Positions 9,843 to 19,325 of a stretch of DNA of 64,000 bases are shown piece after piece. The position numbers were made by a program, and so were the translations under genes. Origin of the DNA: Ignavibacteriota bacterium (GTDB taxonomy: Bacteria; Bacteroidota; Ignavibacteria; Palsa-1295); NCBI GenBank assembly GCA_963787835.1, contig CAWBEI010000004.1, forward strand, positions 160,001-224,000, given 5' to 3'. Each line of letters opens with the position of its first letter. Position 1 is the first letter of the stretch. The notes under the pieces were generated by a model. It was not told where the DNA came from, searched no databases, and saw only the letters and a program-made list of their open reading frames with translations.

Positions 9843-9872
9843 GGGGCGTAAGATATTCTTACGTCCCTTTTT
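9843..9872 (+). terminator. Intrinsic terminator whose core is also the palindrome GTAAGA-TAT-TCTTAC (9848-9862)
   Basis: ggggcgtaaga-tat-tcttacgtccc followed by ttttt. Confidence 0.65.
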
Positions 9873-9925
9873 CATTTTAAAGGACAGATTCATCGATTCT
9901 GATTCAAAATCGTCAATTATGTCTT

Positions 9926-9940
9926 TGGCATAATGATGGA
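9926..9940 (+). promoter_or_regulatory. sigma54-like promoter of the cco cluster
   Basis: TGGCATAATGATGGA (GG-N10-G). Confidence 0.35.
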
Positions 9941-9993
9941 GAATATTTATGGATGAAGTATAAATTAAATATCCGTCCGATGAACGGAGAGGA

Positions 9994-12480
9994 ATGCTTT
10001 ATTCTAAATTGCAAGAAAATCAAGTTAATATTGCAAACGATGGCACCGTAGTTCATTCGAGCTCCGCATGTATCCACTGTGGCGAAAAAATCGGTTTTGG
10101 TGGAGTTATTGCCAGCGGTCAAGCTTTCTGCTGCTCAGGATGTAAGACCGTTTACGAAATTCTTGCCGAACATGATCTCTGCGATTATTACGCGCGCGAC
10201 GAAAATGCCGGCATCAGCATGAAACGCCGATCGGTTAGGGAGGATGAATTTGCTGTCCTGGATGACGGTGCAATTGCGAGAAAACTGCTCACCTTCTCCA
10301 GCCCGAGTCTGAATAGAGTCGTCTGGACGGTTCCCACGATCCATTGTGCATCGTGCGTGTGGCTCATCGAACGATTCGATCGTCTGGAACATGGCGTACT
10401 TTCATCCACGGTCGATCTGATGCGCAAGACCGTTACAGTAGATTTCGATCCACGAATAACTTCGCTACGCAAGATCGCGGAACGAATGGCATCGATCGGC
10501 TACACGCCACTTCTTCGTTTGGAGGGTGAAACGCAGACGGAACACGGGCCAACACGAGCGCTGTATGCTCGTCTCGGTATCGCAGGATTTGCGGCCGGCA
10601 ACACAATGATGATGTACATCGCCGGTTACTTTGCTGGTACTGCTGGTGTTGAACGGTCACTGATGGGTGTATTTCGTTTGCTTTCTATTGTGCTTTCCGT
10701 TCCCGTGGTTCTTTATTGCGCTTATCCGTGGTTTGCAGGTGCTCGTGCGGCGCTGCGTGGCCGCAAAATCAATTTGGACGTTCCCGTTGCACTGGGTATT
10801 GCTGTGTTATTTGCAAGGAGTGTATTCGACATTGCAAGTGGTCATGGCGAAGGGTATCTCGATTCCTTCAACGGACTCGTTTTCTTTTTGCTCATTGGCC
10901 GTTTGTTTCAACAAAAAGCTTTCGATGCACTTTCGTTTGATCGAACCTACCGTTCGTTCTTTCCTTTATCGGTTCGGGTCGAGAAAGGTAATAGCTATCA
11001 GGTAATACCTATCGAAGCTGTAAAGATCGGCGATATTCTTTCCGTTCGTAATGGGGAAGTTATTCCATGCGATAGTATTCTGGAAAGTGAAGCAGGATAT
11101 GTCGATTATAGCTTTGTGACCGGTGAGTCGGTGCCAGTCGAGTGTACGAAGTCGGAAATGGTGTATGCAGGTGGGAAGGTCATGGGGCCAGCTATTAGGC
11201 TGCTTGCAGCAAAGAACGTCTCTCACAGTGAACTTGCTGCTATGTGGGATAGAAGTAGCAGCGAGGATGCAACAACGAAAAGTAAACGTGCAACACAATT
11301 TCTAAAACTGAGCGATAATCTCGGAAAATGGTTCACCCCGATTGCGATCCTGATCAGTGTTGCAGGAGCTTTATTATGGCTTCCGGATTGGGCAAAGGCA
11401 TTTAACACCTTCACGGCTGTACTCATTATTGCTTGCCCATGTGCGCTCACGCTGGCAGCACCGATCACGCTTGGCAGCGCGATGGGCAGGCTTGGAAGGC
11501 TTGGGATCTATCTCAAGAACATGGGCGTCCTGCTCGATCTCGATAAAGTGGATCGAGTGATCTTTGATAAGACTGGAACCCTTACCACCTCTCATCACGA
11601 ACTTACTTTTCATGGCCGGACGCTCACGAATGAGGAATGGACCGCGGTTCAAACCATCGCTGCGCAAAGTACGCATCCGGTGAGCCGGGCAATCGCACGC
11701 GAACACCAATCGGATTTAGCACAAGTGAATGCGGTGCGAGAGGCAGTGGGTCATGGAATAATTGGCACGGCAATGGGCCACACGATCGCATTAGGATCAC
11801 CGGAATTTGTGATCTTACATTCCAACTTTTCGCCTCAAGAGGTAAGCTGGGATGGAAATGAACATCGTGCTGCCTCAGTAGCGATCGATGGTGAATATGC
11901 AGGTGCCTTTACATTACAAGCCACAGTCCGTCCTGGTATTCCGGTAATGATCGCACAGGTGAAGGAACGAATGCCAATCGCCTTGATCTCCGGCGATTCG
12001 GAACGTGACCGCGCTCTACTGGAACCGATATTTGGCGAGAACGCAATGGCGTTCGGTTGCAGGCCGGAGAAAAAAATCGAAATGGTCGAATCGCAGCGTG
12101 CATCGGGGTATTCCGTACTTATGGTTGGTGACGGCCTCAATGATGCCGGGGCAATGGGCGAAGCTGATGTAGCAATTGCGGTTACCGATGATACCGCAAC
12201 GCTGGTTCCAGCGTGTGACATTATCATGCGAGCTGAGTCACTTCCCATGCTTCCCGGACTTTTGCGCTATGCACGTTCGATGAAAATTGTGATCGTTGGA
12301 AGCCTTACATTCTCGATCTTATATAACCTGATTGGTCTCACGCTTGCAATCATGGGAAAGCTGTCGCCGATGGTGGCAGCGATCCTCATGCCGATCAGTT
12401 CCCTCACCGTAATTGCGATGAGTGCTGGCGGAGCACGCAAATTAATAGGGATGACCGATCATCCAGGGAGGGTGAAGTGA
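9994..12480 (+). CDS. ccoI: cbb3 assembly Cu-translocating P1B-type ATPase
   Basis: N-terminal CIHCG...FCCSGC, HCASC, TGES, CPCAL, DKTGT, GDGLND; lies in the cco cluster. Confidence 0.92.
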   Translation: MLYSKLQENQVNIANDGTVVHSSSACIHCGEKIGFGGVIASGQAFCCSGCKTVYEILAEHDLCDYYARDENAGISMKRRSVREDEFAVLDDGAIARKLLTFSSPSLNRVVWTVPTIHCASCVWLIERFDRLEHGVLSSTVDLMRKTVTVDFDPRITSLRKIAERMASIGYTPLLRLEGETQTEHGPTRALYARLGIAGFAAGNTMMMYIAGYFAGTAGVERSLMGVFRLLSIVLSVPVVLYCAYPWFAGARAALRGRKINLDVPVALGIAVLFARSVFDIASGHGEGYLDSFNGLVFFLLIGRLFQQKAFDALSFDRTYRSFFPLSVRVEKGNSYQVIPIEAVKIGDILSVRNGEVIPCDSILESEAGYVDYSFVTGESVPVECTKSEMVYAGGKVMGPAIRLLAAKNVSHSELAAMWDRSSSEDATTKSKRATQFLKLSDNLGKWFTPIAILISVAGALLWLPDWAKAFNTFTAVLIIACPCALTLAAPITLGSAMGRLGRLGIYLKNMGVLLDLDKVDRVIFDKTGTLTTSHHELTFHGRTLTNEEWTAVQTIAAQSTHPVSRAIAREHQSDLAQVNAVREAVGHGIIGTAMGHTIALGSPEFVILHSNFSPQEVSWDGNEHRAASVAIDGEYAGAFTLQATVRPGIPVMIAQVKERMPIALISGDSERDRALLEPIFGENAMAFGCRPEKKIEMVESQRASGYSVLMVGDGLNDAGAMGEADVAIAVTDDTATLVPACDIIMRAESLPMLPGLLRYARSMKIVIVGSLTFSILYNLIGLTLAIMGKLSPMVAAILMPISSLTVIAMSAGGARKLIGMTDHPGRVK

Positions 12481-12722
12481 ACATCGTAATCCTACTCATC
12501 TTTTCAAGCGTGATTGCCGCATCCGTATTCCTTATTGCTTTTTTATGGGCTGCAAGAAGCGGTCAGTATGACGATGTGCATACTCCCGCTGTCCGAATGC
12601 TTTTTGATGATCAACCGAGTGACAAACGCATCCGCATCACCGATGGTGTTCGCATCGCCGATGATGCGCCCAACGATGCTTCAATAACCGAAATCCATTC
12701 TAACACCGAACATGGCACTTGA
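12477..12722 (+). CDS. ccoS: cbb3 oxidase maturation protein
   Basis: TM helix followed by FLWAARSGQYDD...PAVRMLFDD. Confidence 0.9.
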   Translation: MNIVILLIFSSVIAASVFLIAFLWAARSGQYDDVHTPAVRMLFDDQPSDKRIRITDGVRIADDAPNDASITEIHSNTEHGT

Positions 12723-14922
12723 ACAAAATGAACGACTGATCCAACAATCGCAGGCACCTCCTATCTATGCGGATACTGGTGCAACCGAGACCGTAGCATA
12801 CGATAACAATATTGTCCGCATGTTCGCCATGGCGACCGTCGGATGGGGAGTAATCGGGATGCTTGTAGGTCTTATCATAGCGATGAAATTATACTTACCG
12901 AACTTCCTCGGCGGAATTAATTTCCTTTCGTATGGCAGGCTTCGTCCGCTGCACACAAATGCGGTGGTCTTTGCCTTTGCAGGAAATGCGCTCTTTCTCG
13001 GGGTATATTATTCACTGCAACGCTTGTGCAAAGCGCGGATGGCGAGTGATCTTCTCAGTAAGTTACATTTCTGGGGATGGCAGCTCATCATCGTGAGCGC
13101 CGCGATTACGCTCCCACTTGGTTTCACATCGAGCAAGGAATATGCGGAACTGGAATGGCCGATCGATATTGCCATCGCAGTAGTATGGGTCGTCTTCGGA
13201 TGGAACATGATATGGACTATCCTTCGAAGAAAAGACAAGCACATGTACGTTGCGGTGTGGTTCTATATCGCAACGTTCATCACAGTTGCGATATTGCATA
13301 TCGTGAACTCGATGGAAATTCCAGTATCATTCTGGAAAAGCTATTCGATGTACGCAGGTGTGCAGGATGCGCTTGTGGAATGGTGGTACGGCCATAACGC
13401 TGTGGCGTTCTTCCTAACCACTCCATTCCTTGGGATCATGTATTATTTCGTTCCAAAAGCTGCCGACAGACCGATCTTCTCTTATCGGCTTTCGATCGTT
13501 CACTTTTGGGCGCTCATCTTTATTTACATTTGGGCTGGCCCTCATCACTTACTTTATACGGCGCTACCGGACTGGGCGCAATCGCTCGGCTCTGTTTTCA
13601 GTATCATGCTTATTGCTCCATCGTGGGGCGGTATGATCAATGGACTAATGACGCTTCGTGGTGCATGGGATAAGGTTCGCACCGATCCTGTACTGAAGTT
13701 CCTGGTGGTAGGTATTACCGCGTATGGTATGGCGACCTTCGAAGGTCCGATGATGTCGTTCAAGAATGTCAATGCACTGACGCATTACACGAACTATGTG
13801 ATCGGCCACGTGCATCTCGCAGCTTTGCTATGGAACGGCGGATTAACATTCGCAATGCTCTATTACATAATTCCTCGCATCTATCGAACAAAGCTCTATT
13901 CCATAAAGATGGCGAACTGGCATTTCTGGGTGATGACGCTTGGAGTGATCTTCTATGTCATCCCGATGTACTGGTCGGGCATCACGGAAGCACTCATGTT
14001 CAAGCAATTCCGACCGGATGGCTCTCTTATGTATCCAAACTTCCTCGAAGTGGTGATGCAGATACAACCGATGTACATCATTCGCTCGATCGGAGGGACG
14101 CTGTACATTGTGGGTGCGCTTATGGCGACCTGGAACCTATATAAAACAGCCAAATCTGGATCGCTTCTCCGTAATGAAGAAGTGCAAGTAGTGAACCACA
14201 GGCTCAAACTCGATCTCACAAAGAAAGAAGGCTGGCATCGTGCGCTTGAAGCTGCGCCGGTTCGCTTTAGTCTTTATGCTCTCGTAGCCGTTGCTATTGG
14301 AGGTTTGATCGAGTTCCTTCCAACGGCACTTGTACAATCCAATATACCGACGATCGCGAGCGTGAAGCCATACACACCACTCGAACTGGAGGGACGCGAC
14401 ATTTACATTCGGGAAGGCTGCAACAATTGCCACTCGCAAATGATACGTCCGTTCCGAAGCGAAGTGGAACGATATGGCGATTATTCTAAGCCTGGCGAAT
14501 TTGTTTACGATCACCCATTCCTTTGGGGTTCGAAGCGAACTGGGCCTGATCTTGCGCGCATCGGCGGAAAATATCCGAGCGCATGGCACTATCGGCACAT
14601 GATGGACCCACGATCAACCTCGCCGAACTCCATCATGCCTGCTTACACTTGGCTGTATGATGACGATCTCGATCTTTCCCATACTGAGGGCAAGATCATC
14701 ACACTGCGTAAGATCGGAGTTCCATATCCATACGATTTCGAGTTCGATGCCGTCGATAGCGCAAAAGCGCAGGCCAAAACGGTTGCTGCCGATCTTGCAT
14801 CGACAGGTATGAAAGATATCGATGCGAAGAAAGAGATCATCGCTCTTATTGCATATCTCCAACGACTCGGAACCGATATCAAGAAAATGCCGGGCGCTGA
14901 CGCACAAACAAATGCCAAATAA
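12712..14922 (+). CDS. ccoNO: Fused cbb3 cytochrome c oxidase subunits I and II
   Basis: GRLRPLHTN, WWYGHNAV, WAGPHHL, GHVH; CcoO part EGCNNCHSQMIRP and WGSKRTGPDL. Confidence 0.95.
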   Translation: MALEQNERLIQQSQAPPIYADTGATETVAYDNNIVRMFAMATVGWGVIGMLVGLIIAMKLYLPNFLGGINFLSYGRLRPLHTNAVVFAFAGNALFLGVYYSLQRLCKARMASDLLSKLHFWGWQLIIVSAAITLPLGFTSSKEYAELEWPIDIAIAVVWVVFGWNMIWTILRRKDKHMYVAVWFYIATFITVAILHIVNSMEIPVSFWKSYSMYAGVQDALVEWWYGHNAVAFFLTTPFLGIMYYFVPKAADRPIFSYRLSIVHFWALIFIYIWAGPHHLLYTALPDWAQSLGSVFSIMLIAPSWGGMINGLMTLRGAWDKVRTDPVLKFLVVGITAYGMATFEGPMMSFKNVNALTHYTNYVIGHVHLAALLWNGGLTFAMLYYIIPRIYRTKLYSIKMANWHFWVMTLGVIFYVIPMYWSGITEALMFKQFRPDGSLMYPNFLEVVMQIQPMYIIRSIGGTLYIVGALMATWNLYKTAKSGSLLRNEEVQVVNHRLKLDLTKKEGWHRALEAAPVRFSLYALVAVAIGGLIEFLPTALVQSNIPTIASVKPYTPLELEGRDIYIREGCNNCHSQMIRPFRSEVERYGDYSKPGEFVYDHPFLWGSKRTGPDLARIGGKYPSAWHYRHMMDPRSTSPNSIMPAYTWLYDDDLDLSHTEGKIITLRKIGVPYPYDFEFDAVDSAKAQAKTVAADLASTGMKDIDAKKEIIALIAYLQRLGTDIKKMPGADAQTNAK

Positions 14923-14934
14923 GGAGAATACACT

Positions 14935-15180
14935 ATGGAATCGAATGTATTAACATCAATACCTGGGATCGAATATTATCCCATCATCTCGCTCATCATG
15001 TTCTTCGCACTGTTTGCTGGACTCCTGCTATGGTTCTTTCTGGCAGACCGTAAGCGGCTCGAAGATTATGCGAGAGCTCCTTTTGACTTTGAAGATCATA
15101 GCATCCACCATGATGCGCTATCTTCTACTGAAATTCCAAACTCCACTCACGCATCGTCGACGATGCAAACCTACGCTTGA
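14935..15180 (+). CDS. ccoQ: cbb3 oxidase small subunit
   Basis: Single TM helix, position between ccoNO and ccoP. Confidence 0.75.
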   Translation: MESNVLTSIPGIEYYPIISLIMFFALFAGLLLWFFLADRKRLEDYARAPFDFEDHSIHHDALSSTEIPNSTHASSTMQTYA

Positions 15181-15183
15181 CAC

Positions 15184-15786
15184 ATGGCACAAGAACAAAA
15201 AGACATTCTGCTCGAAGATCACGATGCCGATGGCATTCGTGAATACGATAATGCTCTGCCTAAATGGTGGCTTTATGGATTCTACGTTACCATTATACTT
15301 GGGCTCGTTTACCTCTTCTACTATCATGTGTGGGATGGAAAAGATTGGAATTTTCTGTGGTACGGTCCGCGCGGATCGGCCGCGGAATATGCCGATGAAA
15401 TGTCCCATGTGAAAACTCCGCTGAATCCTGGCGCGAAAGACTTCTCTACATGGCAGGTAAAGACGGATGCCGCATCCCTGAAGGTCGGCGAGACGATCTT
15501 TCAGCAAAAGAATCTCTGCTTCACCTGTCACCGTGCTGATCTCGGTGGATTAGTTGGACCAAACCTGACGGATCAATATTGGCTGCATGGAGGAAAACTT
15601 CAGGACATTCTTAAGAGCATCACCACCGGCTATCCCGATAAAGGAATGCTTAAGTATGGCAATGGGAATGTTCTGACCGACGAAGAACTGCTCGATGTGG
15701 CATCGTATGTCCTATCGAAGCGGGGATCGAATCCGCCGAATCCGAAGCCGATCGATCCGGCTCGTGACGTGCTCTACACACCATAA
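15184..15786 (+). CDS. ccoP: cbb3 oxidase subunit III, short single-heme form
   Basis: HDADGIREYDNALPKWW, CFTCH, GPNLTDQYWLHG. Confidence 0.9.
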   Translation: MAQEQKDILLEDHDADGIREYDNALPKWWLYGFYVTIILGLVYLFYYHVWDGKDWNFLWYGPRGSAAEYADEMSHVKTPLNPGAKDFSTWQVKTDAASLKVGETIFQQKNLCFTCHRADLGGLVGPNLTDQYWLHGGKLQDILKSITTGYPDKGMLKYGNGNVLTDEELLDVASYVLSKRGSNPPNPKPIDPARDVLYTP

Positions 15787-15799
15787 CAGCAATAGCAAC

Positions 15800-17221
15800 A
15801 TGTCGGTGCTCGATCTTAACGTCATTGATGAACACGAGCGGTTTCGTGCACAGCTCGCGAGCGTCGCCCCGGATGGGCGGCGCAAGTGGGTCTATGCCAA
15901 AAAGCCGCATGGAACGTTCTATCGTTGGCGAACGGCGCTTTCGATCCTGTTGCTCGTGTTTTTGGCCGCCGTGCCGTTCGTAAAGATCGGTGGCCAGCAA
16001 TTTTTACTGTTCGGTTTACTCGATCGCAAATTCGTTCTATTTGGGTATCCATTATGGCCGGAAGATTTTTATCTTGTCGTGGTGCTATTCCTTACAGGAC
16101 TTGTTTCGATCGTGCTGTTCACTTCTGTGCTTGGGAGGATCTGGTGTGGATGGCTTTGTCCGCAAACCGTCTTTTTGGAAATGGTCTTTCGCAAGATCGA
16201 ATGGTGGATCGATGGTTCTGCTGGCGAGCAACTAACTCGCCATCGCGGACCATGGAACTTTGATAGAATATGGAGATTGGTGTCAAAACAATCCATCTTC
16301 TTTGTGATCTCATTTGCAATTGCGAATATCTTTCTTGCATATGTCATATCAGGAGATACATTGAAAGGCTACATCAAGGATGGCCCAACGGCTCATCTCT
16401 CGTTGCTGCTTGCGCTGACAGCATTTACCTTCGTGTTTTACGCTGTCTTTGCAAGGTTTCGCGAACAGGCGTGCCTGGTGGTCTGCCCGTATGGCCGGTT
16501 CATGTCAGCATTGGTTGATGATAATACCGTAACTATTACCTATGACCATAAACGTGGCGAACCTCGTGAAAAGTGGAAAAAGAACGATACCCGAAATGAA
16601 GGAGATACCGGCCATTGTATCGATTGCCATCAATGCGTTGCCGTTTGCCCGACCGGCATCGACATTCGTAATGGCATCCAGCTTGAATGCGTCGCGTGTA
16701 CTGCTTGCATCGATGCCTGTGACGAGATCATGGAGAAGGTTAAACTTCCCAAAGGACTCATCCGATATACCAGTGCTAATGCATTGCAATCTGGAATCAC
16801 TAAATGGTTAACTCCTCGGGTCAAAGCGTATGGATCGCTATGGTGTGCGCTGGTCTTGGTGACGGTAGGTCTGTTCTCCTTTAGATCGACGTTGGATATC
16901 AATGTACTCCGATCGCCCGGAACGACCTGGACGATCACAGCCGACGGTATCGCGAATTTTTACGAATTACAGATCATCAACAAGGGCGCTCGCGATCTGC
17001 CTTATACACTAAAGATCGTGCAGCCCGCCGGTGCAACGATCACCTCGCTTGGTTTGGTACCAGATGTACCTGCGGGTCAGATGATAAAGGGCCGCTTCCT
17101 CATCACGATGTCTCAATCGCTTATCACTTCGACCTCTAATCGTAAAGTTGATATTTTTGTAGATGTTGCATCGGATGATAAGATCGTTAAGCAAGTTAAA
17201 ACTGAATTACTAATACCATAA
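15800..17221 (+). CDS. ccoG: cbb3 accessory Fe-S protein
   Basis: GRIWCGWLCPQTVF, CPYGRF, CIDCHQCVAVCPTGIDIR, CVACTACIDAC. Confidence 0.93.
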   Translation: MSVLDLNVIDEHERFRAQLASVAPDGRRKWVYAKKPHGTFYRWRTALSILLLVFLAAVPFVKIGGQQFLLFGLLDRKFVLFGYPLWPEDFYLVVVLFLTGLVSIVLFTSVLGRIWCGWLCPQTVFLEMVFRKIEWWIDGSAGEQLTRHRGPWNFDRIWRLVSKQSIFFVISFAIANIFLAYVISGDTLKGYIKDGPTAHLSLLLALTAFTFVFYAVFARFREQACLVVCPYGRFMSALVDDNTVTITYDHKRGEPREKWKKNDTRNEGDTGHCIDCHQCVAVCPTGIDIRNGIQLECVACTACIDACDEIMEKVKLPKGLIRYTSANALQSGITKWLTPRVKAYGSLWCALVLVTVGLFSFRSTLDINVLRSPGTTWTITADGIANFYELQIINKGARDLPYTLKIVQPAGATITSLGLVPDVPAGQMIKGRFLITMSQSLITSTSNRKVDIFVDVASDDKIVKQVKTELLIP

Positions 17222-17232
17222 GAAAGGAAATT

Positions 17233-17676
17233 ATGAAAATCAATTGGGGATGGAAAATTATCATTGCATACACTATTTTTATTGGTGGAACCTCCGCCTG
17301 GGTTGTTTATGCAATGATGCATGATGTTGATCTAGTCCGAAGCGATTACTATGAGCATAGTTTATTGCAAGATCAGACGATGGCGGCGCAAAACCGCGCT
17401 GATCAGCTAAAATCTTCCGCATCTATTTCATTTGATGAGAAGCAAAATGCCTTCATCGTTCGAATCCCACCAGAGCAGGCATCTGCAGCAATGGGAACCA
17501 TCACACTCTATCGCCCGAATGCGTCGAACGAAGATAGGTTGATACCGCTAAAAGTTGAAAGCAATGGAACCATGCTGATCCCATCCTCTCAGCTCAGCAA
17601 AGGCATTTGGGAGATCACTGCGGATTGGTCGTTTGCAGGAAAAACATATCAATTGCTCGCAACGGAAACGATCTGA
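17233..17676 (+). CDS. ccoH: FixH/CcoH family protein
   Basis: NWGWKI TM helix, DLVRSDYY, LYRP. Confidence 0.8.
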   Translation: MKINWGWKIIIAYTIFIGGTSAWVVYAMMHDVDLVRSDYYEHSLLQDQTMAAQNRADQLKSSASISFDEKQNAFIVRIPPEQASAAMGTITLYRPNASNEDRLIPLKVESNGTMLIPSSQLSKGIWEITADWSFAGKTYQLLATETI

Positions 17677-17694
17677 TTCTGGGGTATCCTTTCT

Positions 17695-18441
17695 ATGATA
17701 GAACTACTCGCCGGATTAGTGCTTGGCCTGGGCGGCAGCCTGCATTGCGTTGGCATGTGCGGGCCGATCGCTATTGCGTTGCCAAGTTCTCGGCAATCCA
17801 AGAGTAGCTGGACAGGATGGAGGCAGATAGGACAGAAGATGGCTTACCAGTTTGGCCGTGTCGTAACCTATACTTCACTTGGCGCCATCGTTGGATTGGG
17901 CGGGAGCTGGATCGCGCTGACAGGTTATAGCAGAACGCTCTCCATTGTTTCCGGCATTGCCATGATAGCGGCGCTTGCCGTCCAATTGCTCTGGAAGCGA
18001 GAACTAATTACTGGTCGCCATATCCGCCGAATCATCGAGCCTGTCAAACGTGGGCTTTCTATTCTGCTTTCAAGCCATGGTACGCTGACCCACTTTGGTA
18101 TTGGCCTGTTGAATGGCCTGTTGCCTTGTGGATTAGTTGCCGCAGCGTTGCTTGGCTCGCTTGGCACCGGTTCAGCAGCCATCGGTTCATTATTTATGCT
18201 TGGCTTTGGACTCGGAACCGTTCCGCTTATGAGCATCGTCGCGATCGGTAGTTCGCACCTTTCCTGCAAGGTGCGCCAGCGTTTGCGTTTTGCTGCTCCA
18301 ACCATTAGTATCGTGATTGCTACGCTATTTATTCTTCGCGGTTTGGCGCTGGGAATTCCGCATATCAGTCCCGCAGGAATAGCGGAGGGAGCAACAATGA
18401 ATGCGACAATCACCTCGCCAACGATCAATTGCTGTAAATAG
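17695..18441 (+). CDS. DsbD_2 / TauE-SafE-like membrane protein of cco clusters
   Basis: SLHCVGMCGP, GLLPCGLV, FGLGTVP. Confidence 0.85.
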   Translation: MIELLAGLVLGLGGSLHCVGMCGPIAIALPSSRQSKSSWTGWRQIGQKMAYQFGRVVTYTSLGAIVGLGGSWIALTGYSRTLSIVSGIAMIAALAVQLLWKRELITGRHIRRIIEPVKRGLSILLSSHGTLTHFGIGLLNGLLPCGLVAAALLGSLGTGSAAIGSLFMLGFGLGTVPLMSIVAIGSSHLSCKVRQRLRFAAPTISIVIATLFILRGLALGIPHISPAGIAEGATMNATITSPTINCCK

Positions 18442-19126
18442 GTACAGCTTGTTTGGTTCTCACCCCAACTATCAGCAAATAAAAAACCATCCATATTTCT
18501 GCGATCGCACAGGGGATAACGATGTAACCATGGATTATTTGGCTTAAATCCGGGAGTAAAAATGCCGTAAGCAAATCTATGAGGTAGCAAACGGTGCCTA
18601 AGACAAGCATAACTCCAAGCGGCTTTGGGAACCAACCAGACTTGTAGGCAAGATATCCGAGCGGCGCAAGCCACAGTCCAAAAAATATCTGCGCAGTCAG
18701 CAACCCATAATGCTGGGCGTCGAGCAAGAGCAGCATTATGCCGTTCGATGTGGTGCCGATGGTGCTTAGGTTAACGGCGCCTGTTGCAACACGCAGACCC
18801 TCGAACTCGAAGACAGCACCCATGCACCCGATGCACGAAGCAAGTGCAACAAGCAGCAGCATAGCGCGTGCAACGCTCCTGTTCACATCCTTGAGCAAAC
18901 CATAGAGTGTCAGAGCCAGAAAAACAAAGAGCGTCTGATCCAACAGATCGGCAACAACGCCCATTCGGACGAGTCCCGCATTTGCAATAACATTCCCAGC
19001 CGTAGCTGCCGCGTTGCCGGCTATGTACATCTTGGGTTCCACATATCCTTCGGCAAAGCCGCCGAAAATGCCGACGCCCAGATAAAGCACGCCCGCGATC
19101 CTCGCTGTCTTATTGTCGGAATTCAT
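18425..19126 (-). CDS. DUF4386 family membrane protein
   Basis: ARIAGVLYL, FFGLWL, KSGWFPKPLG, EIWMVFYLL. Confidence 0.75.
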   Translation of the reverse strand: MNSDNKTARIAGVLYLGVGIFGGFAEGYVEPKMYIAGNAAATAGNVIANAGLVRMGVVADLLDQTLFVFLALTLYGLLKDVNRSVARAMLLLVALASCIGCMGAVFEFEGLRVATGAVNLSTIGTTSNGIMLLLLDAQHYGLLTAQIFFGLWLAPLGYLAYKSGWFPKPLGVMLVLGTVCYLIDLLTAFLLPDLSQIIHGYIVIPCAIAEIWMVFYLLIVGVRTKQAVPIYSN

Positions 19127-19325
19127 TGGGTTTAATTGTTTTAACTTATGACAGAGACTTCAGCGCGCCCTGCGAACAACTTATCTGCCGAGTCGTTCGG
19201 AGGCAGACAACTCACCATGCCCTTGAATGATGTTTTCGTGCATCGATTAGATTGCTCCGGTCATCGACATAATCAGACAAATCATCGTTCAGACATCTTC
19301 AGCCAGGGGAAAATTGCTGTGGTTC

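Noticed and set aside
17925-18674. 249-aa minus-strand ORF
   Set aside because: Shadow across two well-supported genes
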